From NCBI GenBank assembly GCA_951406725.2, contig OX597826.1, positions 44,640,001 to 44,704,000 of the forward strand: a stretch of DNA of 64,000 nucleotides. Reading direction: 5' to 3'. The first letter of the stretch is position 1. Each line of letters starts with the position of its first letter. The notes under the pieces are model-generated. The model was not told the DNA's origin, made no database searches, and was given only the letters and a program-made list of their open reading frames with translations. A program made the position numbers and the translations under genes. The DNA is from Octopus vulgaris (Eukaryota). Positions 11,483 to 25,100 of the stretch are shown in pieces.

Positions 11483-12954
11483 TCATTTATGTGTCTATAG
11501 GTTTGCATATATAGACAATCGCACAAAGGCAGATATTCTCGCATACCGATTTACATACATTTATCTGGCCATGAGTTTGTGTCTGTGTGCATGCTATGTA
11601 TTTATAGATGTATATGCACCTACTCACACACACACGCACACGCACACACACACACACACACATACTCACTCAAACATACACACAAACATACACACATACA
11701 CACACACAATCACACGAGTGCACACATACAAAACATACAGATTAATGCTAGTACATCAAACCGAAATTTATTTGCTCCTAATTTCAATTAGGAAATAATA
11801 GATAAATTTATTTTATCTTTACTAAATTAGGCTAAAGTTTGATAATTATTCGCAGAGTAATTTCCGCAATAGCTGCATGTGTACATCATATATTGTATCA
11901 TATACAATACAGAAAAGTAAAATGGAGAAAACTATCGGCTATGCTGCAGAGAACGTTTCTAAACGTAATATTGAGTTGCAAACACCCTACTACTCAAAAC
12001 ATCCAATACTGTCATTTGAAATATGATTATTTTAACCAATTTCCCTTCTAGTTAAATGACATAACATAAACGTTATTGTATCTGTCTTTTCTAACGTTTC
12101 TTTTAGTTTTCGGCGGAATCTAATTTTACTGGAAACAGAATATGTAATTTGAACAAGAATCTCTTTTATCTTCCATAATGTGTCATTATGTGCCAGAATT
12201 CTGTGCAAATATAAATGCTTTCTAACATTCATTGATGTATTTCTGAAGTTGGTATTTCTCGTTCCCTAATTTCTTAATGTAACAAAAACACAAGTCCTAA
12301 CTCCTTTATAGTAGGAAAAATCAAAGAAGGAAATGGAAGTGATTAATTTCTAAATCTCCTGCCAAGCTAAATCCATTGGCCGCTGGCGGTAATAACAGAG
12401 GTGTATTTGGATGTGAAAATATTATAGAGTAAATATATAGGACCAGTCTTTTTAACTCTATAATGAAAACCTAGTAAGTTCGCTTCGACATAGATGTATA
12501 CTGTTGTTGCTATTTTATTGGGTTTATTGTTATTGTTGTGTTTATTTGTGTTATTTTGCTGCTCTTTTTTATTGTTATTCACTGACTGGCTTTGATGGAA
12601 CACACCTAAAATAAAAGGCTTTCCAGCTGAGACTAGCTTGTGTTCTTGTTATAGCTTGAATAACAACGTAAGCATAATTTGTTTTTTAAGCATTCAATTG
12701 TTACTTCAGAAAATATTACTACAGTTTCTAACAGGTTTATTCCTACAACGAGCTTGTTCACATGCTGATTCGTATTTGTCTATTTCCAAACGCCTGTGAA
12801 ATGATTTTTAAAAATAGCAGCAGCATAGCTGTCAATTAGCGAATTGTGAAAGATTGACATTATCCAAGAAATTACTCAATTAACCGACAAATGTTCAATG
12901 TAGGTGTGTTTAAGATCTAAACTCGAGAAGCAGAGACGGTATGTCTCATAAATA

Positions 12955-13147
12955 TATTGGTTTCAAGTGCTGGCACAAGGCCGGCAATTTTGAGGGAATG
13001 GGTAATTCGATTACATCGACCTCAGTGCTCAGCTGGTACTTATTTGATCGATTCCGAAAGATTGAAAGGCAAAGTCGACTTCGGTGGAATTTGAACTCAG
13101 AATGTAATGACTAGCGAAATGCTGAGGTCTCTACCTGTTCGCCGCCT
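12955..13147 (-). mobile_element. SINE family B, degenerate
   Basis: GAAAGGCAAAGTCGAC..GGAATTTGAACTCAG shared with other family B copies. Confidence 0.8.
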
Positions 13148-13254
13148 AAAGTCGCATAAGTATATCGATCGAAATTTTCGGACATTATCGACAATGCAGT
13201 CTGCAACAAATCAATTGAACTCATTGTGTAAATATTTCACATGTATGAACAGCC

Positions 13255-13700
13255 ATCTTCTCTGTCCGTTACTCCTTGAAGGTTAGTTGGCGTTGACTCC
13301 ACAGGTACCTCTTTTACAGAGCTTTACCAGGAGCAACCGTCGATCCCTTGTTTGGCTGGAATCCTAAGTGTGACCAGTTGAGACAATTGATATTTTCTAA
13401 CCATCTCATTTTCGGTGTACCTCTAGGTCTCCTGCCGATTCGCTCGGCTTACAGGATCCGTTTTGCGACTTCTTCCCGCGACATTCTCACCATAGGTCTT
13501 TAGTACCAGATATATAAACTTCTCAGTATGGAGAAGTAGCAGTTCCGGTTCAGGAAACTCACTTAGAGGGGACATGCACACTTCTGTGTAACTTTACGGC
13601 AGTTTGTATTCGACATCGTACTCTTTAAGTCGATACCCAACACTCATGATCATAAATAAGAATGTGCGCGAAAACCGAACTGAACATAGCGAGTTTGGCT
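13255..13700 (-). mobile_element. RTE-like LINE 3' fragment, decayed
   Basis: Minus strand gives ..RGTPKMRWLENI, resembling the RTE C-terminal GRPxxRWxDxI. A homologous copy lies at ~50640-50990. Confidence 0.55.
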
Positions 13701-14549
13701 TTTTCACCAACCTGTTTTCAGAATTATATTCATACTACGAGATATTGTAGCATTCAGAGCAGGTTTTTAAATTACACCGATAAGATGGTCAACATGACTT
13801 AAGTTTTTCTTTCTTCGTAGATGTTACTATACTTTACATAGAGGGATTAGATGATCAACAGTTGGTAATGTTTTATAACAGATTATGTTAATTGTACATA
13901 TTTTCTCCAGAAAATAAGTCATTTCTGAGATACTCGAAGTAGAGAGAAAAATCTTCAGAATTAGTTACCTTTTTTCTATAAGGTATTACTACTATGATTC
14001 GTATTTCAGGATATTATGATAACATAAATAAACTAAAACATAATAAAGAAATCTAAATGTTTGCTTAAATTTAATTTAATCTCGTATTTATAGTTTTATT
14101 CACCCGAAGCAAAATATATTAAGATATTCGCATGAAATAATTATCCGAATGAACCAACCAATCTGTGTAGATTAAAACAACGGTTCATTCGTTGCCTCTC
14201 CTTGTACAAGATCTTTCTATAGAAAACTTTATTTACAACCGAGTTTCATATATATAAATATATAAACCAGCATAATCGTATTTTGAACAAAGAAAGTACA
14301 CAAGTAAAAAATATGATTTTCTATTAACTATACGCTTCAATAAAAGATAGAATTGTAACATCCTAAAACGAGCTTAAAATTTTGTTTTCTACGCAATTAT
14401 TTTAACTACCTATAAATATAAAACATAGAAAGATTTATTGATCCGCTCTCTCTTTCTTTACATCGCCCTCCCACTTTCTTTCACTTTCTCTCTAAAAGCA
14501 GTTACGTCAATGAAAATAAGAGCACTACATACATACATACATACATACG

Positions 14550-14617
<68 letters not shown>

Positions 14618-14679
14618 CAAGTGTGTATATATTCATATACGGTATTTCAATTTGCATGTATATGTAATATATACATACT

Positions 14680-14774
<95 letters not shown>

Positions 14775-15110
14775 AAATAAATATACATATATGTATATAC
14801 ACACACATATATATATATATATATGATACTGACTTAATAAACTATGCTGAAGAATAAATGAACTAAGTTTACCAGACATTTAAACATACGTGTATCATAG
14901 CTTAAGAAATCGTTTTCTATTCTGGAAAAAAAAAAAGAGATGGAAAAAAAATATCTTCGCAGTTTCCTGCGAATGTAAACAAATTAGTCTGAAGCAACAT
15001 ACAAAAGATGAGGTCGAATAAGTCAAAAATCTCCAAGTCATATTGTTCTCGTATGTGAAAGGAAAAATATATCTTCATAAAACTAGGCGCATATATCATC
15101 AGAAGGCAAC

Positions 15111-15176
<66 letters not shown>

Positions 15177-15320
15177 TGTGTGAGTATGTATGTACGTGCG
15201 TGTGGGTGTACGTGTGGGTGCATGTTTGTGTGTGTATGTATATATTTATGTATATATATACTCAAGCACACACGTACACACAAAGATACAAACACACATA
15301 CACACAAACAAACCAGATAA

Positions 15321-15379
<59 letters not shown>

Positions 15380-15416
15380 GATAGATAGATAGATGCAAAG
15401 ATAGATAGACAGATAA

Positions 15417-15461
<45 letters not shown>

Positions 15462-15592
15462 CAGATTCATATATACATATATGATATACATATAACATAC
15501 ATATATACTTATATATATATACATATATATAAGTATATATATACTTATATATATACATATAAATTTTATAGGGATATATGTAAATATATGTG

Positions 15593-15632
<40 letters not shown>

Positions 15633-15726
15633 TATATATATATAGATAGATAGATATAGATATATATATATTTATATATATATAGATATATAAGGAGAAA
15701 TGCACATGCACACACACGCGCAAATA

Positions 15727-15762
<36 letters not shown>

Positions 15763-16293
15763 CTTATTTCTATATTGAATTCACACGTGTATGCTAACCA
15801 CTTTATCTCCAAGCTAACACTTGTAGTCGAGATATTTTTACTTTCTTTTCGAAAATATATATTGCCATTGTATGTATGCAAAATGTATGTGTGTATATTT
15901 GTGCATGTATGACCGTATATATATATATATATATACATATGCTCATGTATATGTGGAGATATGTTATACACACGCACACACTTGCACACATGCACGCACA
16001 CACATATTTATATATGTTTGAATATCAAAAACATCAATTCATATCAGTATTTTCTTCGTCTGTCCGCCTGTCAGTCAGAATTTTCAGTTTCTTTCCTTTC
16101 TTATAAACAAAAACGAACCGTTATGAAAACAGCGAGTGTAAAGAAATAAGAAATTAGACACGTAGCAAATTTTCTATTTTTCTATTTAAACCAATTAAAC
16201 ACACTCCTAAAGAAACACACGTAATAGAAATACCACCATTTGTAACAAGACGAAATATATATATATATATGTGTATATATATATATATGTATG

Positions 16294-16344
<51 letters not shown>

Positions 16345-16346
<2 letters not shown>

Positions 16347-16658
16347 CACCGTGATCACCGTGACCGACCAGGCTATCAGATGTTGCTACACATCGCTGGT
16401 CACAATGCGCTTCGCATTGTTTTTAGCCTTCAAATGACGGCACCTCGCTGGCCAACACGAGCAGGCCAACAGAAGAAAGAGTGAGAGAAAGTTGTGGCGA
16501 AAGAGTACAGCAGGGATTGCCATCACCCCCTTTCGGAGCGTCGTGGAGCTTTGGGTATTTTCGCTCAATAAACACACACAACGCCCGGTCTGGGAATCGA
16601 AACCGCGATCCTCTGACCGCGATTCCGCTGCCCTAACCACTGGGCCATTGCGCCTCCA
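16345..16658 (-). mobile_element. tRNA-derived SINE family C, tail type 1
   Basis: A-box TGGCCCAGTGG and B-box GGTTTCGATTCCC. The ~190-bp head is shared with 58191-58380. Ends in a (CACGGTGAT)2 tail. Confidence 0.85.
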
Positions 16659-16659
16659 C

Positions 16660-16702
<43 letters not shown>

Positions 16703-16715
16703 CATATATATATGT

Positions 16716-16753
<38 letters not shown>

Positions 16754-16773
16754 GTATATACATATATATATAT

Positions 16774-16857
<84 letters not shown>

Positions 16858-16862
<5 letters not shown>

Positions 16863-16901
16863 GTTGCTCCACACGAACATGTTCGTGTGCAGCAACTGTA
16901 C
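16858..16901. repeat. 44-bp spacerless palindrome (1 mismatched pair)
   Basis: GTACAGTTGCTCCACACGAACA|TGTTCGTGTGCAGCAACTGTAC. Confidence 0.95.
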
Positions 16902-17011
16902 CAGGGACTGCCACTCTAGAATTGGACTGTTCAGTCACAGCAGACGCTGCTCATCATCAAAGTAGGCCCCACCCTGGGCGCGACCCATTGTCTATCAAGA
17001 CAGACGGGAAG

Positions 17012-17075
<64 letters not shown>

Positions 17076-17220
17076 TGTTGTGTCTGGGGAGAGTCATTCT
17101 CTTTTAGTGCCTTATCATTTAACACACTCACCGGTAAAATTTCCACTTATTTCTTATTTTTATTTTCTAAAACTTTCGTTGCGTCTTATAAAGAATCTTG
17201 CAAACCAAATCCCAAAAACG

Positions 17221-17294
<74 letters not shown>

Positions 17295-17417
17295 TTATAC
17301 AAATTATAATCTGCGAAATTAGTGAACCACAGAAGACATTCTGATCCGAAGCCTCGGTGATGCTTTCTTTTCCGATTTCTTTTTCTTTCACTGGTGGTGC
17401 ATCAGCATGGCCAGAAT

Positions 17418-17489
17418 ATTGGCGATATCATAGACATTGGCAATATCAAGGACGTTAGCGATATTATGGGCATTGGCGATGTTATGGAC
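17418..17489 (+). repeat. Degenerate 18-bp tandem repeat x4
   Basis: ATTGGCGATATCATAGAC / ATTGGCAATATCAAGGAC / GTTAGCGATATTATGGGC / ATTGGCGATGTTATGGAC. Confidence 0.8.
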
Positions 17490-17592
17490 TTCACGAACAT
17501 GCAGTGTGAATGAGTGAACGTAATAGAATCAACAATCAATATGTTTCAATATTCTTATATATATATATATATAGATGCTGTAGAGATTCATA

Positions 17593-19385
17593 TGCGTAGG
17601 CGTGGACATATGGTAGGAAGTTTGCTTTCCAACCGATGGCTCCAGATGTGCGTAGCACCTTTAGCAATCGTCTTCTGTTATAACCCAGGACGACCAAAGC
17701 CTTGAGAATGTATTTGGTAGATGGAAACTGAAAGAAACCCATTGTTTATTTACCTGTTTGTGTGTGCGGGAATGTATGCATGTATGTATGGATGGATGGG
17801 TGTCTTTGTGTCATTATGTTTCTGTTCATTTCCCCATCCCTTGACGGCCGATGTTGGTTTGTTTAAGTTCTGTAACTTAGCGATTCGGCAATTGTGAAGT
17901 ATAGGATAAGTACGCGGCTAAAAAAGAAAAATAGAGAATCTATTCGTTCGATTGGAATCTTCCAAGGCGCTACCCAAGTACGGCCGATGTTGGTTTGTTT
18001 AAGTTCTGTAGCTTAGCGATTCGGCAATTGTGAAGTATAGAATAAGTACGCGGCTAAAAAAGAAAAATAGAGAATCGATTCGTTCGATTGGAATCTTCCA
18101 AGGCGCTACCCAAGTACGGCCGATGTTGGTTTGTTTAAGTTCTGTAGCTTAGCGATTCGGCTATTGTGAAGTATAGAATAAGTACGCGGCTAAAAAAGAA
18201 AAATAGAGAATCTATTCGTTCGATTGGAATCTTCCAAGGCGCTACCCAAGTACGGCCGATGTTGGTTTGTTTAAGTACTGTAGCTTAGCGATTCGGCAAT
18301 TGTGAAGTATAGAATAAGTACGCGGCTAAAAAAGAAAAATAGAGAATCGATTCGTTCGATTGGAATCTTCGAAGCCGCTACCCAAGTACGGCCGATGTTG
18401 GTTTGTTTAAGTTCTGTAGCTTAGCGATTCGGCAATTGTGAAGTATAGAATAAGTACGCGGCTAAAAAAGAAAAATAGAGAATCTATTCGTTCGATTGGA
18501 ATCTTCCAAGGCGCTACCCAAGTACGGCCGATGTTGGTTTGTTTAAGTTCTGTAGCTTAGCGATTCGGCAATTGTGAAGTATAGAATAAGTACGCGGCTA
18601 AAAAAGAAAAATAGAGAATCGATCCGTTCGATTGGAATCTTCCAAGGCGCTACCCAGGTACGGCCGATGTTGGTTTGTTTAAGTTCTGTAGCTTAGCGAT
18701 TCGGCAATTGTGAAGTATAGAATAAGTACGCGGCTAAAAAAGAAAAATAGAGAATCGATTCGTTCGATTGGAATCTTCCAAGGCGCTACCCAAGTACGGC
18801 CGATGTTGGTTTGTTTAAGTTCTGTAGCTTAGCGATTCGGCTATTGTGAAGTATAGAATAAGTACGCGGCTAAAAAAGAAAAATAGAGAATCTATTCGTT
18901 CGATTGGAATCTTCCAAGGCGCTACCCAAGTACGGCCGATGTTGGTTTGTTTAAGTTCTGTAGCTTAGCGATTCGGCAATTGTGAAGTATAGAATAAGTA
19001 CGCGGCTAAAAAAGAAAAATAGAGAATCTATTCGTTCGATTGGAATCTTCCAAGGCGCTACCCAAGTACGGCCGATGTTGGTTTGTTTAAGTTCTGTAGC
19101 TTAGCGATTCGGCAATTGTGAAGTATAGAATAAGTACGCGGCTAAAAAAGAAAAATAGAGAATCGATCCGTTCGATTGGAATCTTCCAAGGCGCTACCCA
19201 GGTACGGCCGATGTTGGTTTGTTTAAGTTCTGTAGCTTAGCGATTCGGCAATTGTGAAGTATAGAATAAGTACGCGGCTAAAAAAGAAAAATAGAGAATC
19301 GATCCGTTCGATTGGAATCTTCCAAGGCGCCACCCGAGCATGACCGCAACAAATGAAACAAGTCAAAAACTGGAAATAAAGGATA
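17593..19385 (+). mobile_element. SINE family A copy whose 3' half is tandemly amplified
   Basis: Head and core at 17593-17745 (TTTGGTAGATGGAAACTGAAAGAAACCC). The SINE tail resumes after the array (AGCATGACCGC..TGAAACAAGT). Confidence 0.8.
17845..19340 (+). repeat. Tandem array, 11 x 136-bp units
   Basis: Units start at 17845, 17981, 18117, 18253, 18389, 18525, 18661, 18797, 18933, 19069 and 19205, with only a few substitutions per unit. Confidence 0.97.
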
Positions 19386-19504
19386 TATATAATATTTATA
19401 CAGTGTAGGAGCTGAATGAAGCATTTGTCGTTTGTTCATTTATGCTTATGGAAGGATACACGAATGGAATTCATCGGAGTATAATGGAATAAAGGGATAA
19501 ATAT

Positions 19505-19690
19505 GCCAGCATGACTTTCTGGCTCAGAATTTCGCTTAGCAACAACATTGTTTCGGTTTCAGTAGCACTGCCTGGCACTTTCAGCGAGTCTATTCTTCTG
19601 TCCCAGGCCAACTATTAAAATGTGTGTGAATTTAGGTGGTGAGGGAATGTTGAAGCCCGATACACATACATACGTACATACATACATACA

Positions 19691-19767
<77 letters not shown>

Positions 19768-20048
19768 GTGTGTGTGTGTATGTGAGCGTGTGTGTGTATC
19801 TATATGCGTCTGTGTGTGTCTCTGTATGTGTCTATGTATGTACATAATTATCTATGTATGCTTATGTGTTTTGTGTTTGTGTTTCTTCCTCACAACCGCT
19901 TGACAACCAGTTGTCGTTTTTATTCTTTCTCGATAACCTGTGGTTCGGCAAAACAAACCCATAGGGTGAGTATTTATTTGACTACGCCCTTCAACACGTT
20001 GCCCCTGTCTGGGCACAGTTCGGTGAATGAAATAAGTAAAGGATAAAA
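19505..20048 (+). mobile_element. Old SINE family A copy with expanded internal microsatellite
   Basis: Degenerate head, then CGCTTGACAACC..GGTTCGGCAAAA and a TGAAATAAGTAAAGGATAA tail. Confidence 0.55.
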
Positions 20049-20218
20049 CATTAAAAGCTCCGAATTTTTTTTATTTAATGTTCACTACATTAATAATGCG
20101 ATATTTTACTAGCTACTGTTTTTTATGCAGATGGAGTGTCTAGGGTACTTATCTTTAATCTTTTGTTGCTGAGTTTTTACATATATTAATTACTCAAGCC
20201 TGTGCGTCTATTGTATAT

Positions 20219-20537
20219 AACCTCTCAAAAGAGCTGTTCTTCACCCCTGCTCCAGAGCGTCGGCTGCAGGGTCACTCCGAAAAGCTTTATCTGCGACGAT
20301 TTAATCTCAATCGAAGGAGAGGGGCTTTCTCCGTCCGGGTTGCGGATCCGTGGAATAAGCTGCCGGACGAGATAGTGAAGATGCCGACGACCACTCGGTT
20401 CAAAGTCTCTCTTGACCAGAAATGGCCTGAACTCTTTGTATGAACACCCTCCCTGTACATAACTCTATGTCCCCCTACATGGCCTCGCTTTTTGCTTTTT
20501 GAGCCCAAAAATTAACTTAACTAACTTAACTTAACTA
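20219..20537 (+). mobile_element. 5'-truncated CR1-like LINE 3' end
   Basis: Uninterrupted frame NLSKELFFTPAPERRLQGHSEKL..FSVRVADPWNKLPDEIV..FKVSLDQKWPELFV* (stop at 20441-20443), a short 3' UTR, and a (TTAAC/TAAC)n tail. Confidence 0.85.
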
Positions 20538-21030
20538 GTCATTCTCGCATCACATTTCACTAGCAGTATGACGTCAATATTTCACTGAGGAGCTCCAATT
20601 AAACCAAAATATGACCTGAGTTACCTCCCGTACCTTAGTAAAATCACTCCAGCGTTATTCGCTCAAGAGCAATTCTCTTCTCTTCACCCTACAAATATTC
20701 TATTTAAGTTTTTAATGTTCATCCCATTCAGCTTGTTAACAATAACTTAATTGTTGCTTTTAATTCCGATGGTGTCTTGTAAGCTTCTGCTTTCTGTTTA
20801 ATACTCACTGCATTATACACGCTAGCATTGGCTTAGCTTTAACAATATATTCTATATTGTCAGACCTGAAAATGGATCCAACAGATAATTTCCTACTAAC
20901 GGAACTGGTGACAGACAATAATAATAATAATAATAATAATCTCAGAGGTATTTGTTAGTTATGAATTGGTTATGTGGAGTGTGTGTATATGAAGTGTGTG
21001 TGTGATGTATACATATGTATATATATATAA

Positions 21031-21063
<33 letters not shown>

Positions 21064-21135
21064 TATATATATACATATGCATATATATATATGTATATTT
21101 ATGATATACATACATATATATATATATGTATATAT

Positions 21136-21199
<64 letters not shown>

Positions 21200-21204
<5 letters not shown>

Positions 21205-21405
21205 TTAATCCAAACAAGAAAACACAGAAAAAAAGACAGCAACGCAGGACGTGGAACAATTAAAGTATTATTGACGCTCAGGAAAGAAGGGAAGGAGGGT
21301 TTAACGTTTCGAGCGGAGATCTTCGTCGGTAACAAGGAGAAGGAAAGATCCCAAAGAGGGAAGACAGAGGAGAAAATATTTGAGCTGGTGATGCTTAAGA
21401 GATCA
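21200..21405 (-). mobile_element. Short Penelope-type terminal-repeat fragment with a hammerhead-like motif, embedded in (TA)n
   Basis: Minus strand: CCGACGAA-GATC TCC GCTC-GAAACGTTA-AAC..CCTGAGCG. Related copy at 45423-45560 and an end fragment at 4980-5031. Confidence 0.6.
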
Positions 21406-21730
21406 CACATATATATATATATATATATATAGATATATATATATGTAAACACATATATATGCAGGAGCATTTGTATTTGAATGTTATAGATATTGACTGC
21501 AGAAATACGTATGAATCGTCCAAACCATATTACCTATGTAATCTATAGTAGGGGCAACCAACCATATGGCCGGGGACCTAGTCTAAGGCCATGGATTAAT
21601 TGGTACCGGGTCACATGGTATTAATGAACTTTGAAATTTTGTTTCTATTTTAATGACTCTAGCAACACGTAGGATAGCTTTGCATTATATACTTATGTAT
21701 ATGTAATATATATTTAACAAATATATATAA

Positions 21731-22136
21731 GCGTGACTGTGTGATAAAACGCTTGCTTTCCAACCGCACGGTTCTGGGTTCAGTTCCATTGCGTTGTACA
21801 CTGGGCGAGTGTCTTCTACTTAAGCCTCGTTCTGACCACAGTCTTGTGAGTCGATATGGTAGACGGAAACTGAAAAAAACCGTCGTATTTATACATGTAT
21901 GTATATTTCTACGTGTGTGTGTCTTTATGTCTCGATTTGTACACCCATCATCATTTGGCAACTGGTGTTCGTGTGTTTCTGTACCCATAACTTAATGTTT
22001 CGGCAAAGAGACCGATATAATAAGTACTAGGTTTTAAAATATGTCCTGGATTTCGACATAATCACTTCGAGGTGGTGATGTAGCATGGCCGCAGTCAAAT
22101 AACCGAAAGCAATAAAAGAATAACAGATTAAAAGAA
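21731..22136 (+). mobile_element. SINE family A
   Basis: GGGTTCAGTTCC B-box, GGTAGACGGAAACTGA, and AGCATGGCCGCAGTCAAAT tail. Confidence 0.85.
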
Positions 22137-25100
22137 CATTAATATATGCAATAATTATATGTCATATACTTTATTGTGTTTTGTAACGCGCATGATCCTC
22201 TGGCCCGTGGAGTTATTGTTTGCAATAATACCGTTCTGCAAATTCAAAAAGGTTTGAGCCGTTTTCCTTTAAAAGGATAATTAAAACGTTCTGCACATTA
22301 AGATGACACGAGACATACTCCCTTAAAAAGGTTAACGGAGAGGGTCATTTTTATACTGTCCAGTCATGTGTTCTTCAAATCCGTGTTGCTAAAATGCATG
22401 TACAATTATCATACATGGAGATACATAAATACACATAAATACACATGCCGTAGGATTGAGCAAGAGTGTAATTTACATATTAGACTTTCGTTCAGTTACC
22501 TTCTGTGCTGCACTGATAAGAGAATGCTATAGAAAGTTTTCAATTCTTTTCAATGTTAGATATTTACAAATATTTTACAGAAGAAGACGAGAAAGCAGTA
22601 TGAAGGCAAATATTAGTTGTTGCTTAATTTTGGTTCTTGCCAGACTTTCAAAGATTTATGTGTTTTCATAATTAAAATCAAGAGACTTTGATAAAACTTC
22701 TATATCTTAAATTTCTCTTTTTCGCTGTCACTGCTACTGTCGTTTTAAAGGCGCCATAACCAGTTAATAGCAGTACGCTAAAAGTTGTGGCATAAATTTA
22801 GAATAAAACAGAACCAATATGGTAATAGATAAGTGATTATTTACAGCTGCTATACAATAACATTGATTGAATACTAGACACGCTAATACTGAAATATACA
22901 CATATATGGACAGCTAGTTTAATCTCTTCCGGTCAAACTCAGTTTAACATAAAAATAATATTTGTCTTTTGCCATTAATTATAATTTAAAATTTTGAATA
23001 ATTTTAAATAATGTTAAAAATGTAAGTAAAATCCTCGAAATTAACATTGCAAATGGCTTCGGTAGAATATTAACGTGCTAAGTATCCTTTGGCAGTATAT
23101 CGCTGTTGAATATTTAGAATTTAAATAACACAGGAGCCTTTGTAAACCGAATTGATTAATAAGCAAAGAAATATTTCTATAGAGTCTTCTAGATAAAATT
23201 AACGTCGGGTATGAAACAATAAATAACCATTTAGATTAGCCCAGCAGTACGCATAATTATGACTTCAAAAATACATAAAGATCCAAAATGAGCTCTTCAA
23301 ATAAAGATGTTCAAAAATTAAATTAAATTTTCACTTTATCACTTCATATGTGTATGCATATTTGCATGAAAATTAATACACAGATACACACGCATAAACA
23401 CACACACACACACACACACACACCTATATATATATATGTATATGCATGCATACATGCATGTATGTATGTATATCTGCTTGTATGTGTATATAGATTCGTA
23501 ATGAATTTCAGGAATTTAACGTGATTGTGATCAAGCTGCGGGAGACAAGACGTGTGACTAAGGAAATCCATCTATAATCAGGATATTCAGAACGTTGGAC
23601 AATAATGATTCTATAATTTAGTGGAAAACCAAACCATAGAAACCTCTTGCATCAAAGCGAACTACTCTTAAAAGTTTTAAAATAATTAGCATGTGAGCTC
23701 ATTATGGATTATAATGTTTCAGCAGAAATAGGAGACTTGGGAATTCAATGATTTCCAGGCGTCTTAATTAAGTTTATTCTCTTTGCTTCCATAGTTCAAA
23801 TCCTACAGGACTAGTCTTTTATACAACTAACTAGAGTTTTCATGGGACATGCTGGGGCAGAGGAACTGACAATTTTATTTTGAAAATCTGAATGTAGTCA
23901 AAGGATAGTTATGTATATATATTTTTTACTATTGTTATTTTTGCATAGATTATCAGAAGAAGAAATTAACAGCCATTGAAATATTGCAGAATCCAAATCT
24001 GCTAGAGGAGAAGGGAAAAGAAATTAACGCTGATTGTTTATCTGTAGATAAATGACATATTCTGTGCACTGACAGCAGAGAGGAATAAGCTAAAACGTGA
24101 TGGTGTTAAACCGGGCCAGGAATTTAGTCTACTTCTCAAAAATGATGTATATTGCCCAGTTTTAAATACACCATACTATATTATTTATATAAACCAAAGT
24201 TTAATTTATACCGATATTGACTTTCTATTTCGTATAAAATATTTTTATTAAATTAATTTTAGTTAAACATTAAAATATATCAATAGTGCTGTGACAAATG
24301 TTCTTCCTAGTAAAGCGACAGATTCCCGGTCAGTGCTTGCGTCAATTTCCATTCATATCTGTATAGATTCTTTTGAATGACTTCACTAATATCTCTTAAA
24401 AACTCATAAATGCCACTCATAAATCTCACCCCTGCCTCTCTCACTAAAAATTGGAAGTGTTATATTTGCTAATAAACGACGCTTACTATTCTATTAATCG
24501 ACGCAGTCATCACTGCAGTGTATAAAAATAATTTTGTTTCAAATAGATTTGCGGTATTCTGAAACTGCCGCATTGTAACATGAACGTTTGATAGTTGGTT
24601 GTTTGGTTGATGGATTAAATTGAACTTGTTGATCATTATTTCTGTCGAAAAATAATTTCATTCACTATTCATCTAAGTTTTAACTCCAAGTTGTAACCCG
24701 TTAGACCAGTTAGGTTAATCTGGCTTGATCTTTAAATTGCTCAAACGTCATTTACTTCCAAGCTAATTCTCAATTGACTTCTATTTATTGCAATTTTATG
24801 TCTCCCAGCTAATGGCAAAATTTTAAGTCAATAATGTTTGATATAAATTTCCGTTTTCTTTAAATTATAAATTAACCTAAATGAAATATGAATCATCGTA
24901 AGAGAAAGAAAGTACTGAGTAGCCACATTTCCGGTGATAAGCAAACCGTTTTTTTTATTAACCTATCGCTAAAGGACAATTTCTTAAGAATAGTCTGTCT
25001 AAATTTGAATTAGTTTACAGGATAAACTTTGAAGTTAAACTAGTTGCATTTAGTTTTATTCTTTTTTGAATTAAAATTTAAATTAAAAATAAAAAAAATG

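Noticed and set aside
16580-16658. tRNA gene
   Set aside because: A and B boxes are present but continue into a SINE body found elsewhere in the window. All tRNA-like segments here are SINE heads.
17845-19340. CRISPR-like array
   Set aside because: Units are contiguous 136-bp copies with no unique spacers, there are no cas genes, the context is eukaryotic, and the unit derives from a SINE.
23949-24055. Possible terminal exon (acceptor ..TTTTTGCATAG then DYQKKKLTAIEILQNPNLLEEKGKE..*)
   Set aside because: Short, no recognisable homology and no partner exons; it cannot be supported without RNA-seq.
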